Shown here: one piece after another, positions 13,532 to 26,394 of the stretch
How the letters are laid out: each line of letters starts with the position of its first letter
How positions within the stretch are numbered: the stretch's first letter is position 1
Assembly (NCBI GenBank): GCA_965235115.1
Contig: OZ249438.1
Span: 28,458,001-28,522,000 of the forward strand
DNA: 64,000 nucleotides
From: Laetmonice hystrix
Lineage: Eukaryota
Reading direction: 5' to 3'
The notes under the pieces: generated by a model
Told to the model about the DNA's origin: nothing
Seen by the model: only the letters and a program-made list of their open reading frames with translations
Databases searched by the model: none
Position numbers and translations under genes: made by a program

Positions 13532-15903
13532 TAGAACTCCTTGATATCAACATGTGTCCAGTCTTTCCTACATTGATCTTGAACTTAGCAAGATGTTAAC
13601 TTTGTCGGAAAGAAGCGTTCCCATGTCTTACACATTTTTGTCTGTCGTATAAGACAGACCATAGACAGACTAAGACCCGTTCCTGCAGTTTTCAGCGCCC
13701 ACTTAGTGAACTATTCCAGCTGGTAGTGTGGTGGGTTGGTCGTTCTACGTCCTGTTGACAAACTTTGGTCATCTTCTGGAGAAAAAGGCGTTTTTAATTA
13801 TTCATTCCATTCGGGTTGTATTTTGTACTAACAGCTTCAATAACAGCCATCAAATCAGAGCCAACATTTTTTGTTCTTAGTTTAGGTAAAATCATCTTCT
13901 GATTTGACATTTCCGGTCCGTTGTGTACCCAGGCATCTTCCTCATCTTACTGGCTGTCAGAGATGGGAATTCAAAAACAGAAACCATACCGCTTAACTTT
14001 CAATGCTTCTTTTGGCTAAATCAAAAGACTAAAGAACAAGGATATTGTTTTAAAAATCGAATCGAGACCAAATTAAGCCCCCAGCTTCCGAACTCATCTT
14101 TCAATCATCTGTGAAATCCTCTTGAAATTGTCGCGTGAAAAACTTAATGCCCGGACAAATGCCCTTCGGAGATCGGAAGTACATAACATGATGAAATCAG
14201 CACCCTGATGGAGGGGGGCTGGGAGGGTCACTTTACATGGGGGGGTGGTCCTGGTGGTAGGGGGTCCATCAGGACAAGGTTGTCTCCATGGGTTACCATC
14301 AATCATTATTCAATTACTACAACACAACATTTCAATAAACAGTTCTCACTCTCATTGGATTTGAAGTCAAATATTTCTTCTGGTTGAGTTCAATCTCCTT
14401 TTTAAACAATGATTGGTGACGGACCGTGGCCCTTGTCAATCCGAGTCGCTTTTGGATGTCATTTCGCTATCAGGCACTTCATCAAAATATGCTCATTCTA
14501 CGAGAAACGTGCTGTAAGAATGCCATAGTACTTGAGTAAATTCACCTTATTATAGGACACTAACTTCTTCTCCCTGAATGTAATGAATAAATTATTAAAT
14601 CCTATGTTCAAACTCAAAAGTGTGTAACACAACTCGATCTTAAAGAAAGAAAAAAAGGAGAGAAGAAGCCCCAGCATGAGACATGTTGTGTTGTCTGGTC
14701 GACTGCAGTAGTCCCGAGGGACCACTATTGGTCGGTAAATCTAGGCCCATCCCTAGGCGGCGGCTTTATCTAAGACACAAATACAACATCATTGAAGTTA
14801 ATGTGACAATTCCTGGACACGGACCGGTACGGCGATATGCCTTGAAACACTGACACATTACGCTTACGACTGTCTAACTACAGGGACTGTCAGAGAGAGA
14901 TTGTAACCTGGACGATTGAATACGTCACTCCCGTACAGAATGAGACTTGGTGTGGTACTGACGCCGTACACTGTGGCGGCCAGGCACACAGAGCCTCGGC
15001 TTCCTGCACGCCGGCCGGCCGGCCTTTGATGGGCGGACAGCCACCGGAACCTGCCGGGCCCGCAGAGAGGTATGGCCCGGGTGGTGCGGCCCGCAAACTT
15101 CCGTCCCCTCCCCCCTCCCACCCAGAACCATTTCCTTCCCTCCATCATCTGAAGCTGCTCACAGACGGTGCTCCTCTGGTATCTAGATACACAGGAGTAT
15201 CTGACAGCCGTCCAACATTCAGACCGCCCCTTTCCTCTGGAGGTTTTAACCCGGCCTCATTTTTATTTACCCTTTATTATGTGTCTTACCTATTCAGCGT
15301 TAATCTTCAGCGCTATACATGTCAAAACATGACTATTTTCCTGATATGACGGAAGATAATCCCTGTACAGGTCACAACTAACATTTTTAAGTGACGTTTT
15401 GCCCTATTTTCTCCCTTTCTGGTTCCCGTGCGGGTTTGGCATAGTTTGTCATCTTACTAAAAGATCTACTAGCCACGCTGAGACCTACATGGGTAGAGTG
15501 AGAGAGAGGTTTATGGTGGAAGGCCAGGGTCTTCCTCTGGGTTTGTCTATAATGTCTACTGATACCCTGATTTACGGTCGCCAGACTGCGGGCGTTGGCC
15601 AACATTAATCGTACATCAAGTCATCTCGAGAAACGTGCACGGGTAAAAAATCTACATCGATAGTAGTCTGGCCGTTTACCACGCCAGAGGGGGTGTAGCA
15701 CACGTAAATCATCAACACCGGAACGTCACAATTTCTCTCCTACTTCCCCTAAAAAAGCCTGAAAGAAATTCTGTGTCCCCGGTGAAGGCCCTATGCTGAT
15801 GTGTGCTGTAGGTTTGTTGGAGCTGTTCACCAGAGTAGTATAAAATTCTGAGATGACTTGAGGGGCAAACATTAAAGGCTAGCGATTGGCCGAAGAGTTA
15901 CCT

Positions 15904-17224
15904 GGGTCATTCTCCTGAAAACGTATAAAGTGACGTCACTGCTATTTATATCAGAATATTTCTGGAGAAAATTAACAAGACCACTAATTTCGAACGTAAT
16001 ATGATTAATTAATGTCTTTCTTGTAAAAAACACTCTATTTATAGTATATTATGTGGTAATCTAAATTTTTACAGCCACTGAGAAATCAAAAAATGAGCAA
16101 AATCGCTTGTCACTAATGTTGGTCTCAAATGTTGTTTCTTCCTTCAAGCACATTAATAATTAAATGTGCTTGAAGTTACTGATATTTATCTAAAAGAATG
16201 ATGCCTTTAATTAATTTATACAAGAAAAATATTGATCATACACGTTATTCTCAGAAAAATTACACTACAACGGCCGTCACCGCATTTTTTGTCAGTGGTG
16301 TTACCAGACACCAGATCTCACATTTGAGATAATAACTGATCCCTGAAGTTCCATTTTTCAACACGAGAGGGCAGTACGACTTCCTGGCCACAGACACACG
16401 TGAAACAGTTAGCGAAGTTTTACAGGTTTTTAAAAAAAATGGAATTATTTTGGTCAAGTCTCTTGAGTATTTTAATTAGATGTCAGTAGTGTTACCTTAA
16501 TATCACCCTTATTATACCAGATATTCTTAAGAAATTACATGTGCAGATTAAGTAAGTGTAGCCCTGTGTCAAAACACAATTAACCTTGATGACATGGTCA
16601 ATGGTCAGGAGCAGTCATTATTTAAACATAAAATGTCAGTGGTGTTACGCGTCAGTGGTGTGACACCTACTGGTAACACCACTGACATTTAGAGAACAGT
16701 CAAGGTTTCTACAGCATGTTAAGTTCTTTTGGATGGTTCAATACTAGATGTTAAGCTGGAAACAAACCGCATGATGCACGACGCATGCTGTCTGTGATGT
16801 TTAAGTCAATTTAAGTCAGTGGTGTTACTTGCCGTCAGTGGTGTTTATGTAATTTGTCAGTGGTGTGACCAGTGATGAAATCACTGCCATAAGATCACTT
16901 TTTTCAACTACAGGAAATATAGCTATATGTCCTGTCCAGGTGACCTAAGTGGAAAATATTTAACAACGCACTATTAGAATTCAACATCTTTGCAGTCAGT
17001 ATGCACCAAGATTTGTGGGGGTCACACCACTGACAAAAAGGTCATGGGTTAGAAACATTTCCTCCAAAAATTTCAGGGTTGTATGAAGGTGGGAGCTCAA
17101 GTATATGTCATTTTAAAATGTTCATATAATGTTTGTTTCAGATAATAAAAACGAATTTGATTGGAATAGATTTTTTTTTTTGGTTTTTCCTTTCGGGTTT
17201 TATACGTTTTCAGGAGAATGACCC
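15904..17224. mobile_element. 1321-bp non-autonomous DNA transposon, Sola2-like
   Basis: Perfect 26-bp TIR GGGTCATTCTCCTGAAAACGTATAAA (15904-15929; reverse complement ends at 17224) and exact 4-bp TSD ACCT (15900-15903, 17225-17228). GRG termini with a 4-bp TSD fit Sola2; the superfamily call is inference. No intact transposase ORF. Confidence 0.85.
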
Positions 17225-20200
17225 ACCTATAGTTTCTGCCCCATGGAGAGATACACACAGCTGGTTCGAGGCCCCCAAGGTTTGCCAGGGTGGCCAATGG
17301 AATCCGATCAATAATCCGCAGTCAGAGAGAGGCGCAAATCTCCCAAGGTCAGCACAAAGTAATCAATGGGAATACACTGGGACAATTAGACTGTGTGGTG
17401 CCCGAGTGTCGGAGTCACTGTGGTACCCGTGTGGTCCCGAGTGTCGGGGTCACAAGGAGCCAGCAGGTCACGCATTCTATCTGCTCCCGAGTTCACCGCC
17501 GGGATTCCCGACATTAAATTTGGGGCTGCTCAAAGACGGCCATTCCGCCCCCGGCACAGACCTTGTCTGAACTCTACTCACCACAACCCCATAATGTCCA
17601 CTGGTTGTCAATAGAGGCCATGGAAAATTGGTGTTTGCTCCAAGCAATTGGAGCGACTAAGGCGAACAATTCACCTCCTTCAATAAAAACCCCAATGGAG
17701 GAATTCAATACTCCTGTGTTTATTTGTAATTGAGGCAGGATCAACACCAGAGCGTTGTTTATTTCCAATTCCTCCGACTTTTGTGAAGATAATAGTGGGG
17801 GTCACCTTACAAGTTACAAATCTTCCCAGAGGCAAGGAAAACGACGACACTGCAGCACTTATAGAATGAATGGTTTAATCATCAAATATCCACCAGGAAA
17901 TTGCATTTGTAATGCAAGTTAAGGAGTGTGGGTTTATCAATTCAATTTGTTCTTCATTGTCGGTTAATACTCTCTTAAGACCCAACGGGTGACAAGAAGC
18001 CACCCTGCCGAGGGTACCACTGCGGTCTCACTGAGGGTCACGTCACCACACATCAAGTCTAGTTTTGACGGTCAGAGGTCATTTTGATACAGTCACAGGA
18101 TCCCGCCATAATGTCACATGGACCCACCAGACAAAAATCGGTGATACCGCTCAACCAATTGGCATGGAATTCTAGCAAAGAAAGCCACCATCTTTTGCAT
18201 TTGCCGGGGGTGGGCCTACTGTGAATCTTACGGGTCGGGTTTCCTAGGCCAGGAAGGACATGGATAAAAGGAAAATATTGGAAACTGTCAGGGAGACTAT
18301 TTTTGCAATTCGGTTGAGGATATCATGGATCCTCTGACCTTTTAGGATATACGTGTAGATCCTTTTAGAACTCAAATCGTGGCAAGGACTTTAAAATGGT
18401 GACCCGGTGGCTTTGCTGTCTCCCTCATTAAGCCGGAATAATGTGTTAAGATTTCCAATGAGAATATTGATATTTGTCCTGAGTTCCAAAACATCAATTA
18501 GGAGGCCAGAGCAAAGAGAATGGTTCTCACGCCGAGTCCCTTTCACTTCTAACGTTACTAACTGACGTGCTGAGATCACATGACACCACATGCAAGTTTC
18601 TGATTCATTTGTAACGTGATCAATCTTCTGTAGTTTACTAATGAAAACAGATCGTCGACAATCTTCAATTGTAGCCCCTGGGGCTATGCCTTGCTTTCTC
18701 GCTTCAAAGACGCCTAAAAGCATTGTGGGATAGATAATGATGCAAATGTCAATGTTCTGAGGCGGATGACATGAAGCGAGGAGAGGGAGTGACTGGTGAG
18801 TGATACGTTTTGCTCTCCATATTCGCGGGCCGGGGATGTAATTACGCAATGGTCCAAAGGTTAGCCTGACATAGGACGTGCTTGCCCTGACATTTGAACG
18901 TATTTTCCCTGACAGTGATTGGAACAAAGGAGAGCCTCTAGATAGCGCTGGCAGTGCCTAATGTTTAATGTTTCAACGCTGCGTCAATGCGACACTCTAT
19001 AATTTGACAGGTCTTTTATTCTCATTCGTGCCCTTTCTGCATTATAAATGAAGGTCTTTTGCTTTTCTTCTTCTTAAGCTTTTTCCACAGGAAGCTGCCG
19101 AAGGAAATAATCTCAGGTCTTTAGAGGTTTTACTCAAAGTCAACAAATGCAGCAAATTGTCCTCATTGCATCTGTATTTCTATGTTTTGCTAAATATCTA
19201 TAATTATCTCCACTGAAAGATGGAGTGTCAGATGACTCGCAAACACACATCTCAGTCTCTATCCACTTTACAAAAGAGTCGGTACTGCCAAAACAAAAGT
19301 ACACTTTTCTGCCCCGTTCGCCAGTCAGACTTTGACGTTGTCTCAAGTACGCAACAATTGGTGCAGGTCAGGATCTCGGCGCCCACGCCACCCGTAAAAT
19401 CATCTCTAATGGAGCGGCTGGCGGTGATGTCACAGCGTGGGTTGTCGCAGCAGGGCTGAGGCCTTCTTTGGATCACTAATGTGACAGAAATTCATTTTCG
19501 GTGTAGCTGATGAGCCGCCGTATTTCACCGCTGGGACTCATAAAGCTCCGTCGTCAGTGCTCTGAGTCGGGCGCCTGTGGGGGACGGTCCCCCGTCGGGG
19601 CACATTCAGGCCTCACCGTTATAGTCCGACTCCAAATGTAGACAGCCATCTCCAGATGCCACAGTGTCCATCAAGCGGTCGGCCAGTTGGAAGCAATAGA
19701 CATGGATGGCCTTCAGATCAATGTTAGCTCTGTGCTGGTAAACTTAGGCAGTAGGGATGGCGCTGGTCGGCAGATGGTTGTAGGAAGTGTCGGGAGTGTG
19801 GGCGACACCCTCCCCCCCCCCCCCCACCCCCCGCACGGCCACATTTATACCATTCCATCCATGTATCATGCATAATTTAAGAGGTCGACAAAACCACTCA
19901 GGAATGGGATTCCCTGATAGAGAATCCCGAGCTGTCAGGATACGGGGATTAGACAGTTTTGTAGGTCTCCGTGATGACCCTGCAGTCAAATTGAGAGCTC
20001 TCCTTATCCCACATGCAGCACCTATTTACATTGCCAAGCCCCTTATTTCGTATCTTCTTTGAACTCCGTGATTACTACTATTTTTGCTACCTTTTTCTCA
20101 CCGAGGAAGAAGATTGCTCTGCAACAACAGAGCCTTTCGCTCTCAATGGGGACTCTCTCGGTCTGGCCTTTCCTTGTGTTTCTTGACTTCTAGAATGGCT

Positions 20201-20407
20201 CCCTCTGTCCGTGTAGATATGAATCACATCGCCAATCGTTCTCCAGAAAATGTAAAAAAATCCGATAACAGGATAGTGGTTTTCATACTATGAACTCCCA
20301 CGGGCATCTACTGGTAATCCCTCTCATACATAAATTCCAATCTATCGAGTCTCTGATCTGTTCTAAAACTATTAATGGTAAACAGAGAAACAACAAGAAC
20401 AACCCTG

Positions 20408-20560
20408 GAACCGGTTTTACTAAAGGTCGAAAATAACGACGTCGAAAATTTAACATAGAAGTGAATGGTTGCTAGGTCGTTATTTTCGACCTAGCAACCC
20501 ATTCACTTCTATGTTAAATCTTCGATGTCGTTATTTTCGACTCTTTAGTAAAACCGGCCC
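20408..20560. mobile_element. 153-bp palindromic MITE with CTG (CWG) target duplication, PIF/Harbinger-related
   Basis: CCGGTTTTACTAAAG...CTTTAGTAAAACCGG; near-complete self-complementarity around a 7-nt loop (TTATTTT); CTG on both sides (20405-20407, 20561-20563). Confidence 0.7.
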
Positions 20561-22361
20561 CTGGTACCTAACAATTAAACAATATAGTTATACGTTGCGA
20601 GTCTTTCCTATTCCTGCGCTTACGGCTATGGTTTTCTGTGCCAAAGTGGTAAACACAATTCGATAAGGCTGTAAACGTCTATTGCTGTCTTCCATGTAAT
20701 TAGGCCATTACTCGAGTAGCAAGCAACAAGAGATTATAACAGCCCCCATATTGAAGATGGTATTATAAGAGGCTCATTACTGCCGGGGAAATTGACCGCT
20801 GCAAAGTTTCTGCATAGTTTCACTCTAATGATTCATTTCTTTTCCATTCTATAATTAGATCTACCGTTGACTTTATCAGCATGTAGTTTCCTACTTATGG
20901 TTTTAGTTGTAGTTTTTATGTTCAGCCTGTCTCCCCTTCCATGCGGGTACATGGGCATTGGTTATAGTCTCTGAAAGCGGCTTATCTTATCGGCAAACCA
21001 TTTGTACTGGCAATTCTGATCATGGCAGCCAATTGCGACAGGTTCGATCGATTGCCAATTGATCTTTCTGTGGCCGTGGGCCGCTGCCGGAACAGCCATA
21101 ATAAAACAGCACACTTTGTACATCAAACCCAATCAAACAAACCAATATATTACAACATTTATGGCCCATGGTTGCACATACCAAGCTAATTTGACATTAA
21201 ATTGATTGTGTCGCTGGATAACGGTGAGAATTATAGCCAGCAACAGTTCTACAGCCATAGCCAAAGGTCTAGAACAACCGTAGCCGCAGTTACACGTCTC
21301 AATTAACACAGGTTTTCTCCGCATCTATTACCAGGAAGACAATTTAATTACTACTGCGCCTCTTTCGGACCAAAATACCAAGACGACCAGAACATGGAGA
21401 TAAGCGTTTCAATGACCACATCGACTGCCTATCTTTATACCTGATGGAGGTGCGAGATACCATGTGGATTCGCTGTGATCGCTCAAGGATTAATTAGTTG
21501 TTTTCATCCATAATTGACATACTGGGTTGCCCCGAGTGGCATCTGCAAGAATTCTATGACCGTCATATTTTGGTGCAATCAAAACTTTAAAAAATGGTCG
21601 TTGCATGATTCCACGAGTGCTCAAATCCACTTCAGCCCAGCAAGCTCATCGTTGGACATTCATTTCTGATAATCCTCCATCACACACTGAACTTTATCAC
21701 ATTTCCTGACGCTCTGAAATAAAGTTTACTGATATTTTTTTAAGATTTGGAGCGTTTGCTACAAACATTCCCGGATCCTGGCCATCGTTGGTCACAATGG
21801 GAGCAGGTGTGAGTTGTTCTTCTCCAACTTGAAGAGAAAAGCTCACCATCAGATTCTAATATCCTTCTCAAGCCTGCGTGTTGACTTCACAGCAACCATC
21901 ACGGATGAGTGAGCCGATTCCAAGAACACTACGGCAACGACTTATGACCACCACCTGGCCAGTGCGTGCTGCCCCTCCTTACATCAGACAGTCACACGTT
22001 TGTCTTCATGTCCATCACCAACTGACCACTGTAGGCCAAGGCCGGAGTCACGGCCCTACGTCATCAACTATGATCAGTCATGACAACGTGTCGTCATAAA
22101 TCGTCATACATAACTGACGTCATACCGCGATCAACCCACGAACCTGGCGACCAGCAATCCTTCCTGACCTTTTCACTAGGAGAGGAGGAGAGTAAACAAA
22201 AGAAACCACTAAGTCCTGGATCATCCTTCATCCCACTACACTCAATTTGCTACACTAAAGGCGTGTTTATTCTGCCTGCGATAGGTTCCAGTATCTCCCG
22301 ACCAATTAATCATTGTTCATGTACCGTACACTGATCCTTGATACTCGATATTCTCAAACTA

Positions 22362-23457
22362 TCGCGGTCAGTGTGGGGACCCTCGCGGTCAGTGTGGGGA
22401 CCCTCCCGGTCAGTGTGGAGACCCTCGCGGTCAGTGTGGGGACCCTTGCGGTCAGTGTGGGGACCCTCCCGGTCAGTGTGGGGACCCTCCAGGTCAGTGT
22501 GGGGACCCTCCCGGTCAGTGTGGGGACCCTCCCGGTCAGTGTGGGGACCCTCGCGGTCAGTGTGGGGACCCTCGCGGTCAGTGTGGGGACCCTCCCGGCC
22601 ACTGTGGGGACCCTCCCGGTCAGTGTGGAGACCCTCCAGGTCAGTGTGGGGACCCTCCCGGTCAGTGTGGGGACCCTCCCGGTCAGTGTGGAGACCCTCC
22701 CGGTCAGTGTGGGGACCCTCGCGGTCAGTGTGGGGACCCTCCCGGTCACTGTGGGGACCCTCCCGGTCAGTGTGGAGACCCTCCCGGTCAGTGTGGCGAC
22801 CCTCCCGGTCACTGTGGGGACCCTCCCGGTCAGTGTGGGGACCCTCCCGGTCAGTGTGGGGACCCTCGCGGTCAGTGTGGGGACCCTCGCGGTCAGTGTG
22901 GGGACCCTCCCGGTCAGTGTGGGGACCCTCCCGGTCAGTGTGGGGACCCTCCCGGTCAGTGTGGGGACCCTCGCGGTCAGTGTGGGGACCCTCCCGGTCA
23001 GTGTGGGGACCCTCCCGGTCAGTGTGGGGACCCTCCCGGTCAGTGTGGGGACCCTCCCGGTCAGTGTGGCGACCCTCCCGGTCACTGTGGGGACCCTCCC
23101 GGTCAGTGTGGAGACCCTCCCGGTCAGTGTGGGGACCCTCCCGGTCAGTGTGGGGACCCTCGCGGTCAGTGTGGGGACCCTCCCGGTCAGTGTGGGCACC
23201 CTCCCGGTCAGTGTGGCGACCCTCGCGGTCAGTGTGGGGACCCTCCCGGTCAGTGTGGCGACCCTCGCGGTCAGTGTGGGGACCCTCCCGGTCAGTGTGG
23301 CGACCCTCGCGGTCAGTGTGGGGACCCTCCTGGTCAGTGTGGCGACCCTCCCGGTCAGTGTGGGGACCCTCCCGGTCAGTGTGGGGACCCTTCCGGTCAG
23401 TGTGGGGACCCTCCCGGTCACTGTGGGGACCCTCCCGGTCAGTGTGGGGACCCTCCC
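22362..23457. repeat. GC-rich minisatellite, 21-bp unit, about 52 copies
   Basis: Unit CCGGTCAGTGTGGGGACCCTC with few variants. It explains the 419, 390 and 355 aa ORFs. Confidence 0.97.
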
Positions 23458-25064
23458 ATCACCCAGTCTCTTTGTGTCACGTAAAGGCCTCCTTCACTCG
23501 TGGGGCCTGACTCCATGGACGATACCATACACAACTCGGCGCCCACCCCGGATTGCTGCTGAACTCTGTTGACCATGTAATACAAACTATCTTCAATGCC
23601 AGGCTAACCCAGTCTGAAGGATCCCTGACTCTCCAACAACCCATTGACCACTCCTTGGTGTGCTGATTCTGTAGTCGAACCAAAGCCCCACGTAAATGTT
23701 TCATAAGGGAGAGGTCCGTTTTCATCTAGATCGACTGGTCGCACGATATGAATGGTCAGGACTTGATAAAACATCATCCTTCATTGCTAATTCCATCACT
23801 ATTGGCCCGCTGAATTTCTACCTTTAGAGAAACGATAATACTAACATAAATCACGCACTCTTTATGGATTAATCAAAAAGAAATCGGATAACTCTTCATC
23901 ACTTCAGAATCGAAACAATTTCGGCATGGAGTTCGACACCCGATAAGATCTGTGATTTAACGTAATGTGAATTCAAATTTTCACACCCATAGAAAGTGGA
24001 GCGGTTATTAGCTGAGAGATTTGTGAACCCGTGCAAGTGTTTTCCTGGTCACAGCTGGAATGATCAAGTACTCAGGCTGAATGGAAATTGTGCTGGTTTC
24101 ACCCCACACCACCAGAGGTCGCGAACGATCATATTGAGTTGGTGAGATAAACTGCTGTCATAACTATCGGAACTCAGCACATCTTTTGAAATCAGTCGAT
24201 CATAAAATGGGATATTCGTTAGGAACGGGAATGTTTGGAGAGGTTATGCTTCCTCAGATATCCTCACGGTCCTCACAGCGTCCCCTAGCGGGGGAGAACC
24301 ACGCCCCACACCAAGGGAATCCTACAGAACTGCTATCTTTGTCTCTGATCTCACATAGCCAATTTCAAGCAACAAAAAAACATGACATGCAGGCAGTTTC
24401 TTTAAGAGACTTTTTTCATAGTTGTCACTTGATCATTATGGTGCACTGCCTATTTAAGGACAAGTATAAGTTGCATAATAAACATGTCAAATTCCCCACT
24501 TTACGGTGCTATATTTATCCTAGTTACTCAAGTTAAGGCCTTGAATGACCTTGCCTTTTAGGTCTGTACGCGCTGTACCACAATATAACCGTCGTGTTTA
24601 GCCATAGGATTTTCTCCTGCCTCGACATGAGGCCGTTTTCTATGATGACGCCATAAAAACTGGTATTTTCGATGTTGCAATATAAAGAACCGGATTTAAG
24701 AAAAGGTCAATGTAAAAATTGGGCTGTAGTCAAAAATTTCTCAGAGAAAGAATCTAACTTCTGGCAAGAGTGGTTTGGAGTTGGCTGAAGTATTTCCTTC
24801 GCCATTAAATTCACATCACACTGCGTAGAAAATCTCGGAGCTTTCTGAGATTAAGAAAGGAGGAAGTAGAATCTGAGCCGGACGAAGTAAAATAAAGACA
24901 GACAACGTATCAGTGTCTCATTGTCCATCCGTTACGACGGCAGTTCTCCCGCTGGTCAGGAAGAGCGAGGAGCATTTTGTCAGCAGCAGGTGTTTCACAA
25001 AATGTCAGGTTCTGTTGTTGACCTGCATAATACATGAGTACGGGCTAGGAGAACGGTCAGTCAT

Positions 25065-25301
25065 CCTGGCCCCGGCACGCTGACCATCACTGGCCGGCAG
25101 TGGACGGCTGTGGGACCCGGCAGGTGGTCTCCACGGCCATTGTGTTCGCCGGACAATCCCCAGCGGTCAGCGCTCATTTACATTGCTCTCATTGTATACG
25201 GATTGCCGGTGAAGGGATCCTCGGCCTGGGCTCTCGACGGCCGGCTACCACTCGGTGAGCACTGGGCGTCAATGACAGGTCTGGGGTCGATGGCTATCTG
25301 A
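25065..25301 (+). pseudogene. FN3-like relic, A to E strands in one frame
   Basis: PGPGTLTITGRQWTAVGPGRWSP...ALIYIALIVY...EHWASMTGL then stop. Order and spacing of the A, B(W), C and E motifs fit FN3. No convincing splice sites. By-eye match. Confidence 0.42.
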
Positions 25302-26394
25302 GCACTGACAGGTGCCAATCTCATCCAGTGATTGACGGTGAGAGGACGAGTCTGGGGCCGTGACGACAGACCGGGGCTCGGATCCTGACTGGGGTAATAA
25401 CCCGTCAGAGCCCATCTGATCCTCACTCTGCCCACTTCTTGTCAAACAGCCAGACATTAGGTAGAGCTGTGGCCAGATAAGGTTCAAACACATCAATTCA
25501 GGCCCGCCAGACGACATTAATTTATCACTTTTTACAGATTTAATCAAAGACCAGCAGTTTCGCAATTTCGCTTTCCACTCGATTCCACAGAAGGCTGTCC
25601 TCAAACTGAAATATCAGTCATGACGGGACGAAATGACTGTAGACTCCATACGAGCCCAGTTCATTTTCTACTTGGCTGTCGTGCGCTGCGCAATCAACCG
25701 ACTTTCTAACTCTGAATTCACGACATTTTGTAGAGGTTGAAATCATTACTGCATGACAAATGGTGGGGAAATTTCCTTTTTCTCAGTTAGAATGCCCAAA
25801 GTGCCAAACAAATGATTCTTTCCACAATCTTACTTCATTATATGGACAATGGCTGGAATTAAATTTTCGATCGGGTTAAAACGTTCCGTATTTCACGGGA
25901 ACAGTGAACATTTGCAACTGGTTACAAACACATAATATTTCCTTACATTAGGGTATTTGGTAGAGTTATAGTGTAGCGCCTCCTCATACTCCACTGATCT
26001 TTCAATAACATCACGGAGTAACCATTTACTGGGAATGAAAAGCGTGAACATGCTCCTGTGTGGATGATTTAGAATCCAAGACTGGAAAGCGTCAATTGAG
26101 ACATGTGCAGGATAGGGTCAAAGTCCACCCTGCGGAATTCTACAAGTAAGAGCGGCTGAAGGACTTTAAAATGATTTATATTTTTTGCAAGTAGTTGGGC
26201 CCACTGACGTAGAAGGCCTGATAACGATGGCCACCAGCTGCTCGATCGATGCAAGGTGCTCACATAAACAACATCTAACAACATTCAGGGCCACGTTTGG
26301 TGAAAGCACCTAACAGTACCCATCACACAGCTGTCTTGTTATCGGGAACAATTTCAGTGGTTTTGAATGAGTTCTCTATGATACCTTGTGTCTA

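Noticed and set aside
12850-14190. Possible KDZ/Zisupton-type transposase relic (GWLVMA motif, minus strand)
   Set aside because: One short motif, many stops in all frames, no TIRs found.
19252-19476. Cys-pair pattern (CDNPRC...CTNC) like a Mutator-type transposase zinc finger
   Set aside because: Isolated 74-aa ORF, loose match, no catalytic region or TIRs.
22313-23572. 419/390/355-aa ORFs as genes; GQCGDPP frame resembling a Sushi/CCP start
   Set aside because: All are read-throughs of a 21-bp stop-free unit, and no further Sushi motifs follow the array.
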